From positions 1 through 45,301 of IMG/VR virus record IMGVR_UViG_3300012667_001007: a stretch of DNA of 45,301 nt, one strand, 5' to 3'. Shown here piece by piece: positions 1 through 9,428 of this stretch. A program made the position numbers and the translations under genes. How positions within the stretch are numbered: position 1 is the first letter of the stretch; each line of letters starts with the position of its first letter. This DNA is from a virus. Lineage: Duplodnaviria; Caudoviricetes. The notes beneath the pieces were generated by a model. That model saw only the letters and a program-made list of their open reading frames with translations, did no database searches and had not been told where the DNA came from.

Positions 1-15
1 GTATTGAAAAATTGC

Positions 16-23
16 TAACTTTG
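16..23 (+). promoter_or_regulatory. Bacteroidetes-type -7 promoter element (TAACTTTG) upstream of the ParB/cupin/Ibr/terminase operon
   Basis: Matches TAnnTTTG, 26 nt upstream of the ATG at 50. Confidence 0.6.
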
Positions 24-49
24 CGAACACAGGAATAAAACGGAACACC

Positions 50-706
50 ATGAATAGCTTAGAAGTCAAATACAGGAGGACGGCTGAACTAGTGCCTTAT
101 GCAGGGAACGCTCGAACGCATCCCGAGCATCAAATCGAACAGCTGTGTGTCAACATCCAGAGGTTCGGTTTCTACAACCCAGTACTCATTGACGAGCACG
201 GAACTATCATTGCTGGACACGGTCGAGTGATGGCAGCGAACCGTCTCGGAATGGTCGAGCTTCCGACAATCACACTCGTTGGTTTGAAGGAAAACGAACG
301 CAGAGCGTTGGTCCTTGCGGACAACAAAATTTCGCTCAATGCGTCGTGGGACTTTGAGAAGGTTCGTGAGGAACTGTCCGCCCTGGCGTTGGATGATTTC
401 TCGCTCGAGCTCACAGGTTTCAACGACAGCGAAATTTCGGCGCTTCTGGAATCGAGCGGAGATCTATTTCCGATAGACGTCAAGTCTCACTACGTCGCGA
501 CGGTACCAGATTCAGAGCAACAGCCAAAACAGGCTCATGCTCCTGGTGTGTCGCACGATGACTATTCCCGTTTTGACTTGGTTATGTTGCACACCAACAA
601 ATCCGAGTTGATTGAAATCCTGAGCAAGCGTCGTGAAGAAATGATGTACGACAAGCTCGAGGACGCCATGATGGACTTGGTTAAATGCTGGAAGGAGAAC
701 TCATGA
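50..706 (+). CDS. ParB/Srx-like N-terminal domain protein
   Basis: LVPYAGNARTH...FGFYNPVLID...IIAGHGRVMAA...LADNK...WD is the ParB-N pattern seen next to phage terminases and DNA methylases; no MTase motifs follow. Confidence 0.85.
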   Translation: MNSLEVKYRRTAELVPYAGNARTHPEHQIEQLCVNIQRFGFYNPVLIDEHGTIIAGHGRVMAANRLGMVELPTITLVGLKENERRALVLADNKISLNASWDFEKVREELSALALDDFSLELTGFNDSEISALLESSGDLFPIDVKSHYVATVPDSEQQPKQAHAPGVSHDDYSRFDLVMLHTNKSELIEILSKRREEMMYDKLEDAMMDLVKCWKENS

Positions 707-1413
707 ATCCGTCATTCATCGGACTGCCATTCACGGACGGAGAAGTCTACACGTCTCCGAACATCAACGTTATTGGTTTGATGGGTTCGGATATGTGGAA
801 CTTCACAGACGGTACGTACTTCGTATTCGTCGCGAAGGGATTGGCTTGGTATAACGGTGACACTCCGTTGAAGGCTGGAATGTACGGCTGCTTCACTACG
901 GGCCGCATCCGAGCTGAGTCATACACTCGAGTTATGATTGTTCAAGTTCTGGACTACGACGGCATGCGTATGTTTGGTGGACCTGTGGAACAGAAGGGGC
1001 GTTTGAAGTACATCGATGGATGCACGGATAGCCTACTCATCCCACCTGTGAAAATGGGTGACCCTTGTTTGAATCACCTTCATTTCCCTGCTGGTATCGA
1101 CCAGACAATGCACACTCACCCGTCTATTCGCATCGGTTACGTTTATCGAGGTTTGGGGCAGTGCATCACTCCGTGGGGAATAGTTCCACTCATTGAAGGA
1201 ATGATGTTCATCATCAATCCTGAGAACGGTGAGACACACGAAGGTTCAGCCGTTGGCAGTCATTGTTTCCGTACAGATTTGCGGACGATGGACATTATCG
1301 CGTTCCATCCAGACAGCGACTTTGGACCAACCGATGAAGTACATCCAATGATCAATCGAACGATTGTCGATGGAGTAAGTGCCAGCAGCATCAAAGAAAT
1401 TAGAACGAAGTAA
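703..1413 (+). CDS. Cupin-fold protein
   Basis: Cupin motif 1 PAGIDQTMHTHPSIRIGYVYRG and motif 2 GMMFII...SHCFRT; start placed at 703 by ATGA overlap with the upstream stop. Confidence 0.75.
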   Translation: MNPSFIGLPFTDGEVYTSPNINVIGLMGSDMWNFTDGTYFVFVAKGLAWYNGDTPLKAGMYGCFTTGRIRAESYTRVMIVQVLDYDGMRMFGGPVEQKGRLKYIDGCTDSLLIPPVKMGDPCLNHLHFPAGIDQTMHTHPSIRIGYVYRGLGQCITPWGIVPLIEGMMFIINPENGETHEGSAVGSHCFRTDLRTMDIIAFHPDSDFGPTDEVHPMINRTIVDGVSASSIKEIRTK

Positions 1414-1414
1414 C

Positions 1415-2743
1415 ATGCCAAAAATCAGGTCAAAGAAATACACGGAAACGAACGTTTATGATGCGGCACTCGAGCGGATTCGCTACTGCTATAAGCGTTT
1501 TGATAACGTTGTTGTCTCTTTCTCTGGCGGTAAAGATTCAACGGCTGTTCTAAATCTTACGATAGAGGTGGCACGTGAACTTAGAAGGCTTCCGGTACAT
1601 ACGATATTTGTTGACGAGGAGGCAATCCACCCTCCGACTGTGGAATATGTTTCGAGGGTACGAGAGCTCCCCGAGGTACGTCTTGATTGGTATTGTTTAC
1701 CTGTCAAGCATCGAAACGCCTGTTCCAACGAGCAACCGTTTTGGTACTGTTGGCATCCCGAGGAACGATCTCTGTGGGTGCGTGAGATGCCGTCGTTTGC
1801 ATTGACGGAGCATCCACAGTTCAAGTTTGGAGACAGCTTCCAAGATTGGATGCCGCGCATCTTTCCAAGTAACAAGGGAAGTGTGTGTGTGCTCACGGGT
1901 ATTCGTACCCAGGAGAGCCTTCGACGTTTCCGAGTTATTGCTGCCAAGAAGAACGATGCGTTCGTTACTTCAAAGGCTGAGGGGGGCAACAGTTACCGAG
2001 GCTTTCCGATTTACGACTGGAGCAGTGAAGACGTTTGGAAGTTGGTCGAGGTGAAAGGTTTCGACTACAACCGAACGTATGACATCTTCAACAAAACGAA
2101 GCTGTACAACAAGCTCCTGACTCAGCGTGTGTGTCCTCCGTATGGCGAAGAGCCGTTGAGGGGATTGTGGGTTTACGCTGAGTGTTTCCCTGAGATGTGG
2201 GAAAAGATGCTTGGTCGTGTGAAGGGTGTGGCTACTGCGTGGCGTTATGCCAACACGGAGCTGTACTCGAATTGGAGTAAACCTGAGAACATGAGTTGGC
2301 AGAACTATTGCAAGATGATTCTGGAGACTTACACGGAACCAGAGTATCGAAACATGGTTGCGGTGAACATCAATACAATGATCTCGGCTCACTACAACAA
2401 AACGAACGATGAAATCAAAGATGAAGAACCTCATCCATTGAGTGGATGCAGTTGGAAATTTCTTGCGAAGCTAGCAGTCAAAGGTGATTTCAAGGGACGA
2501 CAAAAGCAACAGATGATTAGTGAAGGTGAAAAAACGTTAAAGAAACTAGGTATTACGTTGGAGGAAGCCTTTGACTTGTACGGAAAACGTGGTGGAAAGG
2601 CAGCCAATCGATTCCGTTCGTTGGGTGCACCGAAGCGAACTAAAGGCGAACGACTACAACCCGAACAAGGTAGCACCTCCAGAGATGAAGCTGCTACGGA
2701 TTTCGATTCTGGAGGACGGTTGGACACAGCCAATAGTGGCTAA
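1415..2743 (+). CDS. ibrA: IbrA-like PAPS-reductase-family / DUF3440 PP-loop protein
   Basis: SFSGGKDS PP-loop, FVDEE, LTGIRTQESLRR, PIYDW...DVW, QRVCPPYG; ATG at 1415 directly after the cupin stop. The last ~50 aa overlap ibrB in another frame. Confidence 0.85.
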   Translation: MPKIRSKKYTETNVYDAALERIRYCYKRFDNVVVSFSGGKDSTAVLNLTIEVARELRRLPVHTIFVDEEAIHPPTVEYVSRVRELPEVRLDWYCLPVKHRNACSNEQPFWYCWHPEERSLWVREMPSFALTEHPQFKFGDSFQDWMPRIFPSNKGSVCVLTGIRTQESLRRFRVIAAKKNDAFVTSKAEGGNSYRGFPIYDWSSEDVWKLVEVKGFDYNRTYDIFNKTKLYNKLLTQRVCPPYGEEPLRGLWVYAECFPEMWEKMLGRVKGVATAWRYANTELYSNWSKPENMSWQNYCKMILETYTEPEYRNMVAVNINTMISAHYNKTNDEIKDEEPHPLSGCSWKFLAKLAVKGDFKGRQKQQMISEGEKTLKKLGITLEEAFDLYGKRGGKAANRFRSLGAPKRTKGERLQPEQGSTSRDEAATDFDSGGRLDTANSG

Positions 2744-3092
2744 CTCCGACAATGTGATTGTTGACGGCTTCCACCGTTGGACTGTCAGCGCCGACAAGGA
2801 CGTCTACAAGCTAACGGACGGCAAAGTCCCCGTAGTGTTTATCACTCCAGCTGACGAGCCGAGTAGGAAGATGTCAACGATTCGGCACAATCGAGCGAGG
2901 GGAACACATGGCGTTCTTCCGATGGCCGACATCATTGAGAGCATGTTGGCAGAAATGAAAAGTATGGATGAAATCTGCGAGCGATTGCAGATGGAGAGTG
3001 AGGAAGTTATTAGATTAGCAAACAGGAAAGGAATTCCAAAGACGGATATTGTTCGAGACAGTGAATGGTCGAAGTCTTGGGAACCAGAATAA
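2589..3092 (+). CDS. ibrB: IbrB-like ParB/Srx domain protein
   Basis: QPIDSVRWV...ANDYNPNKVAPPEMKLL..SILEDGWTQPIV...IVDGFHR...STIRHNRARGTH; no N-terminal ATG, so start is GTG 2589/2592 or TTG 2571 (uncertain). Confidence 0.85.
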   Translation: MVERQPIDSVRWVHRSELKANDYNPNKVAPPEMKLLRISILEDGWTQPIVANSDNVIVDGFHRWTVSADKDVYKLTDGKVPVVFITPADEPSRKMSTIRHNRARGTHGVLPMADIIESMLAEMKSMDEICERLQMESEEVIRLANRKGIPKTDIVRDSEWSKSWEPE

Positions 3093-3102
3093 AATATGAA
3101 GT

Positions 3103-3702
3103 ATGGCAGAAAAAGTATCGATAAGGGAGTTTGCTCGACGTGTTGGCGTTTCTGACGTTGCCGTTGGGAAAGCTATTGCTGCAGGTAAGATTGTTCAGGC
3201 AATAGACTACACCAACCCCAAGCGTCCGAAGATTGATCCAGATTTAGCGTTGAAGGAGTGGGGCAAGAACTACGACCCTTCGTATCAGCGTACGGAAAAA
3301 GTCAACGAGCTAATGGGTGAAGGAGTAGCACCTCCAAAGCCTATGAAGGCGAAGCCAAAGCCTAAGCTACAGGTTGAAGATTCAGAACCTGAAACACCTC
3401 AGCGACCTGGTGGAAAATCTCTTGCTGAGATCAAACGCCAAGCTGCTGAGGTGAAGTTGCATATTTCTGCAATTGAGTTGAAGGAGAAGAAGGGGCAGCT
3501 GGTTGACAAGGACAAAGTGTACAAGGCGTTGTTTGCTGCAGGGCAGGAGGTAAGGACGGCATTTCAGGCTGTTCCCGACAGAGTCATTGACGACATTCTT
3601 GCGGCAAAGACTAGGAACGAAGCACATTCTGTTTTGTTCAACGCCATTGCTGACACGCTCGAAACGCTGAGTGAAATTGCAAATCGTGATTTAAACGTTT
3701 AA
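3103..3702 (+). CDS. Terminase small subunit (N-terminal HTH)
   Basis: VSIREFARRVGVSDVAVGKAI HTH; C-terminal ELKEKKGQLVDKDKV Nu1-like segment; directly upstream of the large subunit. Confidence 0.8.
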   Translation: MAEKVSIREFARRVGVSDVAVGKAIAAGKIVQAIDYTNPKRPKIDPDLALKEWGKNYDPSYQRTEKVNELMGEGVAPPKPMKAKPKPKLQVEDSEPETPQRPGGKSLAEIKRQAAEVKLHISAIELKEKKGQLVDKDKVYKALFAAGQEVRTAFQAVPDRVIDDILAAKTRNEAHSVLFNAIADTLETLSEIANRDLNV

Positions 3703-3704
3703 TT

Positions 3705-5558
3705 ATGGAACTATTACTTTCAAAAGGATTCTTCGATGGCTTGAAACCCGAGCCACGTTTGACTGTTTCTGAGTGGTCGGACAAGTTCCGATTCCTTGCG
3801 CCAACCTCATCTGCTGAGCCTGGTCCATACAGGACGGAGCGCACGCCGTACCTCAAAGAGATTCAGGACAAGCTCTCAGCGACCGACCCTGTTCAGGAGA
3901 TTGTGTTCATCAAAGGGGCACAGGTAGGGGCAACGGAAGCAGGGTTCAATTGGCTTGGATACATCATTGACGTTGCGCCAGCACCCACGCTGTTGGTGCA
4001 ACCTACGGACACGATGTCCAAGCGAAACTCAAAGATGCGTCTCGAGCCAATGATTGAGGCAACGCCACGGCTTCGGGAAAAAATCAAACCAGCACGCTCG
4101 AGGGATTCGGGCAACACGACTATGCAGAAGGATTTCCCTGGTGGGACGGTTGTGCTGACTGGTGCCAATTCGGCTGTTGGTCTGCGCTCCATGCCGGTTA
4201 GAAATTTGATGCTGGATGAGGTGGACGGCTATCCTGTTGACCTTGACGGTGAGGGTAGTCCTGTTGACTTGGCGCGAGCTCGAACACGGACGTTCGCTCG
4301 TCGTAAGATTTTCATCGTGTCCACTCCAACCATTGAGGGACAGTCGGTTATTGAGTCGGAGTTCATTGACTCGGACCAACGTCGTTTCTTCGTTCCGTGT
4401 CCACACTGTGAGCACCAACAACACTTGAAGTTCGACAACTTGAAGTGGGAGCCTGGAGATCACGCATCAGTCATGTACTACTGTGAGGAATGTGGGGCAG
4501 GAATAGAAGAACGTTTCAAAACATGGATGATGAAGCGTGGCGAATGGAGAGCTACGAATGAAGAGTACACAAATCCGTTGAAGGTTGGATATCATATCAA
4601 TTCTTTGTACTCTCCGTTCGGTTGGTATTCATGGTCGGAAGCTGCGCGAGATTGGGAGACGGCAGACGGAAACGTCACAAAGCAGAAGTCATTCATCAAT
4701 ACGGTTCTTGGCGAGACGTACAAGGATAAAGGCGAAGCTCCACCTTGGGAAAATCTATTCAACCGTCGCGAGACTTACAGGATAAATACTCCTCCATTGG
4801 ACGTTCAGTTCTTGACGGTTGGAGTCGATGTTCAGAAGGATCGTCTGGAGTTAGAGATTGTCGGTTGGTGTCGCAACAAAATAAGCTACTCGATTGATTT
4901 CCGTGTGTTGCCTGGCGACACGTCCGCTCGTGCTGTGTGGGACGACTTGTCAAAGGTCGTTGGCGAGACGTGGATTAGGGAAGACGGCGCAGAACTTGGA
5001 ATGCGCATGATGGCAATCGATACTGGATACAACACTCAGCACGTTTATGACTTCTGCAAAAGGTACGACGTGACAAAAGTTATTCCTGTGAAAGGAAAGG
5101 ACACTCAACAAACGATTGTTGCACCACCACGCCAGGTGGATGTAACTACTGCAGGAAAGAAAATCGGTAGGGTGAAGGTGTGGCACGTTGGTGTTTCCGT
5201 TGTAAAGAGTGAGTTATACGGATTCCTACGACAGGAAAAGGATGAGAACGGTAACGCTCCGTATGGTTATTGTCACTTTCCGCAGTACGACCAACACTAT
5301 TTCCGAGGCTTGACGGCTGAGGAATTGCAGTTGAAGATAAATAACCGAGGATACCGTGTGTATCAGTGGGTTAAGAAGTATGACCGAAACGAACCTATTG
5401 ACTGTCGTGTTTATGCTCGTGTTGCTGCATCCGTCGTTGGTATGGACCGATACGAAAACAATGAGCCATGGTGGAAGAGTGTATCACCACAGGAACGTAC
5501 TGAGCGAGTAGAAGTAAAACAACCGAGAAGAAAAGACAGTTCATTTTGGAGTGATTGA
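3705..5558 (+). CDS. Terminase large subunit, lambda GpA family
   Basis: LTVSEW, KGAQVGATE Walker A variant, LDEVD Walker B, STPT, CPHC/CEEC zinc motif, GVDVQKDR nuclease, NEPIDCRVYA. Confidence 0.97.
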   Translation: MELLLSKGFFDGLKPEPRLTVSEWSDKFRFLAPTSSAEPGPYRTERTPYLKEIQDKLSATDPVQEIVFIKGAQVGATEAGFNWLGYIIDVAPAPTLLVQPTDTMSKRNSKMRLEPMIEATPRLREKIKPARSRDSGNTTMQKDFPGGTVVLTGANSAVGLRSMPVRNLMLDEVDGYPVDLDGEGSPVDLARARTRTFARRKIFIVSTPTIEGQSVIESEFIDSDQRRFFVPCPHCEHQQHLKFDNLKWEPGDHASVMYYCEECGAGIEERFKTWMMKRGEWRATNEEYTNPLKVGYHINSLYSPFGWYSWSEAARDWETADGNVTKQKSFINTVLGETYKDKGEAPPWENLFNRRETYRINTPPLDVQFLTVGVDVQKDRLELEIVGWCRNKISYSIDFRVLPGDTSARAVWDDLSKVVGETWIREDGAELGMRMMAIDTGYNTQHVYDFCKRYDVTKVIPVKGKDTQQTIVAPPRQVDVTTAGKKIGRVKVWHVGVSVVKSELYGFLRQEKDENGNAPYGYCHFPQYDQHYFRGLTAEELQLKINNRGYRVYQWVKKYDRNEPIDCRVYARVAASVVGMDRYENNEPWWKSVSPQERTERVEVKQPRRKDSSFWSD

Positions 5559-5594
5559 AAAATAATATTAACTTAGCGGTCAAACAATATTCTA

Positions 5595-5792
5595 ATGGCT
5601 TGGACAGTTGAACAATACGATGCGCTAAATAATGCCATTGCGCAGGGCGTTACTCAGGTAATGTATGGAAATAAGTTGGTGATCTATCGTTCTATGAACG
5701 AGATGTTGCAGTTACGCAATTTGATGCGCCAAGAACTAGGTTTGAACGAAGCTCCCAAGCGGCTGTTCGCTAAACATTCAAAAGGACTATGA
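5595..5792 (+). CDS. gpW-like head-tail joining protein
   Basis: AIAQGVTQVMYGNKLVIYRSMNEM pattern; lies between terminase and portal. Confidence 0.85.
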   Translation: MAWTVEQYDALNNAIAQGVTQVMYGNKLVIYRSMNEMLQLRNLMRQELGLNEAPKRLFAKHSKGL

Positions 5793-7234
5793 ACACATTA
5801 GACAGAATAATTTCGTGGATCAATCCAGAAGCAGGATTGAAGCGAGCTCGCAACCGAGTTGCTGAGCAAATGTTGCGCTCGTATGAAGCAGCACAAAAGA
5901 CTCGACGTACAGAGAATTGGAAATCTACAGGTGCGGACGCCAACAGGGAGACGCTTCCTGTTTTGGCTACATTGCGTAACCGCTCGAGGGAGCAGGTTAG
6001 GAACAATGTATACGCGCGTCGTACCGTCCAAGGCATCTCTATCAACGTTGTAGGCACAGGAATAGTTCCTACACCATTGGAGTTGAGTAGAGCCGCTGAA
6101 AAGCGAGTTATGAAGGCTTGGAATGATTGGGCAGGAAAACGTACATGTGACTATGACGGATTGTTGAATTTCTACGGCATCCAGCGTTTGGTCATGCGAA
6201 CTATTGTGGAGAGTGGAGAGTGTATCATTGTGCGTCGCAAGGTAGATGACGTGAACATGCCTATCAAAATTCAAGTTCTTGAACCAGACTTCTTGGACGT
6301 TGGAAAGAACGTTCCGAATATGAAGGATGGAGGAATGATTGTTCAGGGTGTTCAGTTCGGAAAAGATGGAAGACGTCAAGGATATTGGTTGTACAAGTCA
6401 CATCCTGGTTCTGGTGACAGTTTCTCGATGACATCGGCGTTTGTTCCAGATGAAGACGTGTGTCATGTTTACTTCATGGAGCGACCAGGACAGTTCAGGG
6501 GTATTCCTTGGATGTCGGCTTCTATGATTAGAATGAAAGATTTTGACGACTACGAAGACGCTGAGTTGGTTCGCCAAAAGATTGCAGCGTGTTTCACGGT
6601 GTTTGTTCAAGACACGAACCCAGACGCCTCATTGGGGAGTCAAGAAGCTGTTGAATTAGCTTCTAGGGTAGAGCCTGGAATCATTGAGATGTTGCCTCCT
6701 GGTAAGTCTGTGCAGTTTGCTCAGCCGCCAATGACCAACGGATACGAAAGTTACTCACGGAAAATCCTTCAAGGAATTGCAGCGGGTACGGGTATAACCT
6801 ACGAGGTAATGACAGGAGACTTGTCGAACGTGAACTTTAGTTCTGGACGCATGGGTTGGATTGAGTTCCAGCGAAACGTCACGGATTGGCAGGAGAACAT
6901 GTTGATTCCGATGTTCTGCGACAAGGTGTGGGATTGGTTCTTGCAGGCTGCGGCTATAGTTGGAAAAGCGAAAGAGGGAACGGCAGTAAGCTGGACGCCT
7001 CCACGTCGCGAAATGATTGACCCTGTGAAGGAGACCAACGCCATGAACCTCATGGTCCGAAATGGATTCCTAAGTTACAGCGAAGCTCTGCGTCAGTTGG
7101 GATATGATCCTGACGACGTTATGGATGAGATTGAGTCGGACAACAAAAAGTTTGATGAGAAAGGACTTGTTTTGGACAGCGACTCACGCCAGGGCAAAAC
7201 GATGCCAAATGGAGTAAATGCAGTTGCGCAATAA
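5789..7234 (+). CDS. Portal protein, lambda family
   Basis: LRNRSREQVRNN, ERPGQFRGIPW, TGDLSNVNFSSGRMG, IDPVKE. Confidence 0.96.
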   Translation: MNTLDRIISWINPEAGLKRARNRVAEQMLRSYEAAQKTRRTENWKSTGADANRETLPVLATLRNRSREQVRNNVYARRTVQGISINVVGTGIVPTPLELSRAAEKRVMKAWNDWAGKRTCDYDGLLNFYGIQRLVMRTIVESGECIIVRRKVDDVNMPIKIQVLEPDFLDVGKNVPNMKDGGMIVQGVQFGKDGRRQGYWLYKSHPGSGDSFSMTSAFVPDEDVCHVYFMERPGQFRGIPWMSASMIRMKDFDDYEDAELVRQKIAACFTVFVQDTNPDASLGSQEAVELASRVEPGIIEMLPPGKSVQFAQPPMTNGYESYSRKILQGIAAGTGITYEVMTGDLSNVNFSSGRMGWIEFQRNVTDWQENMLIPMFCDKVWDWFLQAAAIVGKAKEGTAVSWTPPRREMIDPVKETNAMNLMVRNGFLSYSEALRQLGYDPDDVMDEIESDNKKFDEKGLVLDSDSRQGKTMPNGVNAVAQ

Positions 7235-7302
7235 AAAAAGTTGCGAAATGCTATTGTAGAATGAAAAATATTATTATAATTGCATCGATAAAAGAATAAG
7301 TA

Positions 7303-9366
7303 ATGCCAAAGACAAATAAAGACACAAGGCTGTACACGCGAGCATCGTTTGTTCCTAGCACTTTGAGCGAGGAAAATAAGACGGTTGACGTTGTGTTTGC
7401 TACGCCGACTCCTGTGCTACGTTATTCGTGGTATAGAGAGGAATACTACAATGAAGTGTTGGACATGGATGGCGCTAACTTAGGTCGTTCAGGAGAACGT
7501 GGTTTGCCTGTTTTAGACAACCACAGTTCGTGGGGCAAGGTTGGTGAGACTGTAATTGGAAGAGCTGAGAATATTCGACGTGAGAAAGACACGTGGGTTG
7601 CTACGGTTCGATTCAGTCAAAGAGAAGAAGTTCAACCGTTGTTGAACGACGTTAGGGACGGAATCATCACGGATATTTCTTTCGGTTACTCGGTTGATAA
7701 GATTGAGCGAAGCGAGAAGAAGGAAGGTGACGAGTACCGTACTTACTACATAAGGAATTGGACTCCGAATGAGATTTCATTTGTGAGCATTCCAGCAGAT
7801 CCGAGAGCAGGCGTTCGTTCTGCAGACGGTGACAAGGGGTTTGATTTAGTTTCCGAATACGAGAGACAGAATCCAACTCCAATTGAAAACAAGCATATTA
7901 ACAAACAAGGTGTAATAATGAAAAGAGAACAGATCATCGCCATGCTCGAAAAGCGTGGTATCACCGTAGATGCGAGCATCACGGATGAAGCTCTTAATGC
8001 TGAACTTGAGCGTGCTTTGAATCCACAGGGTGTTGACCCTAAGGCTGTTCAAAACGCAATCGAGTCTGAGCGTAAGAGAACGGCTGATATTATTGAAGCT
8101 GTGCGTTCGGCAAAGTTGCCGACGGAATTCGCTAACACCCTAATCACTGAGGGCAAAGACATCAATGAGGCACGTGCTGCCATCATTACTGAGTTTGCGA
8201 AAGGTGACCAGGGAGCAGGCATGAAGCCGCAGGTTGAGGTTGGAGCAGACAGAAGCGCTGAATTGCGTACTCAAGCTGCAACAGCATCATTGGTAATGCG
8301 TCACCAACCTGAGCTAGTTCGAGGAGACAAGAGCGAGTTCAACGCTGAGGTTATTGCTGAGGCGAACAAAAAGTACCGTAACATGACCCTAGTGGACTTG
8401 GCGAAAGACAGCCTTTTTCGTGGTGGTGTTGAAACAGACGGTATGAACAAGATGGAACTTGTAGGACGTGCGTTCACGTCATCTACTAGTGACTTCCCTG
8501 TTTTGCTTGAAGGAGCTAACAGAACTGTCCTATTGGCTAACTACAACATCCAAGCAGATTCTTGGAGAGAGTTTTGTGCTGTTGGTTCAGTGTCTGACTT
8601 CCGTGAGCACAAACGTTTGAGAATGGGTTCTTTCACTGACTTACAGTCTGTGACTGAGAACGGAGAGTTCAAAAACAAAAAAATCACTGACGCTGACTAC
8701 GAGAAAGTGAAAATCGGAACTAAGGGTAACATCATCAACGTTTCACGTCAGATGATTATCAACGACGATTTGGGAGCTTTCTTACGTTTGGCGGCTATGT
8801 TGGGACGTGCTGCTGCAAGAACTATCGAGAATGATGTTTATGCGTTCTTGACACAAGGTTCTGGACTTGGTCCAATCATGGCAGACGGTAAACGTTTGTT
8901 CCATGCAGACCATGGAAACATTGCTGGTACAGTTGGTGCACCAACGATTGCGATCATTGATGCAATGCGTCAGCAAATGAGAACGTTGAAAGACAAAGAC
9001 GGAAACGATTACATCGATATCAACCCTTCATTGGCGTTGTCTCCTGTGAACATCGGTTCAGTTCTTCGTTTGTTGAACAGCTCTCAGTACGACAATGATG
9101 GTTCTGACTTCCAGAAACCAAACATCGTTGCTGGATTGTTCAACAAAGTTATCGACACTCCTCGTTTGGCTGGAACTGCTTACTACATGTTTGCAGACCC
9201 TAACGTTGAGCCGGTACTTGAAGTAAACTTCTTGAACGGAGAGCAAATGCCATTCATGGAGTCTGAGACAGGATTCTCTGTTGACGGAACTTCTTGGAAA
9301 ATCCGTCATGACTTCGGAATCGGAGCTGTTGGTTACAGAGGTGTTATTAGAAACGCTGGTGCGTAA
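7303..9366 (+). CDS. Prohead protease / scaffold / major capsid fusion protein
   Basis: N-terminal HK97-type protease (VLDNH, EISFVSIPAD); C-terminal capsid (STSDFP, VSRQMIINDDLGAF, LFHADHGN, KIRHDFG). Confidence 0.93.
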   Translation: MPKTNKDTRLYTRASFVPSTLSEENKTVDVVFATPTPVLRYSWYREEYYNEVLDMDGANLGRSGERGLPVLDNHSSWGKVGETVIGRAENIRREKDTWVATVRFSQREEVQPLLNDVRDGIITDISFGYSVDKIERSEKKEGDEYRTYYIRNWTPNEISFVSIPADPRAGVRSADGDKGFDLVSEYERQNPTPIENKHINKQGVIMKREQIIAMLEKRGITVDASITDEALNAELERALNPQGVDPKAVQNAIESERKRTADIIEAVRSAKLPTEFANTLITEGKDINEARAAIITEFAKGDQGAGMKPQVEVGADRSAELRTQAATASLVMRHQPELVRGDKSEFNAEVIAEANKKYRNMTLVDLAKDSLFRGGVETDGMNKMELVGRAFTSSTSDFPVLLEGANRTVLLANYNIQADSWREFCAVGSVSDFREHKRLRMGSFTDLQSVTENGEFKNKKITDADYEKVKIGTKGNIINVSRQMIINDDLGAFLRLAAMLGRAAARTIENDVYAFLTQGSGLGPIMADGKRLFHADHGNIAGTVGAPTIAIIDAMRQQMRTLKDKDGNDYIDINPSLALSPVNIGSVLRLLNSSQYDNDGSDFQKPNIVAGLFNKVIDTPRLAGTAYYMFADPNVEPVLEVNFLNGEQMPFMESETGFSVDGTSWKIRHDFGIGAVGYRGVIRNAGA

Positions 9367-9379
9367 CTAGAATATATTG

Positions 9380-9403
9380 AGGGGGAGCAATCCCCCTTTA
9401 TTT
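9380..9403 (+). terminator. Rho-independent terminator after the capsid gene
   Basis: AGGGGGA-GCAA-TCCCCCT hairpin followed by TTATTT. Confidence 0.75.
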
Positions 9404-9428
9404 AGAAATCAAATTAAAGGCAAATAAA

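Noticed and set aside
1-60. Terminal direct repeat with the right end
   Set aside because: No shared sequence seen between the two ends, so circular completeness cannot be confirmed
1415-2743. Auxiliary metabolic cysH for sulfate assimilation
   Set aside because: Much longer than CysH, lacks the C-terminal ECGLH motif, and is paired with an IbrB-like ParB gene
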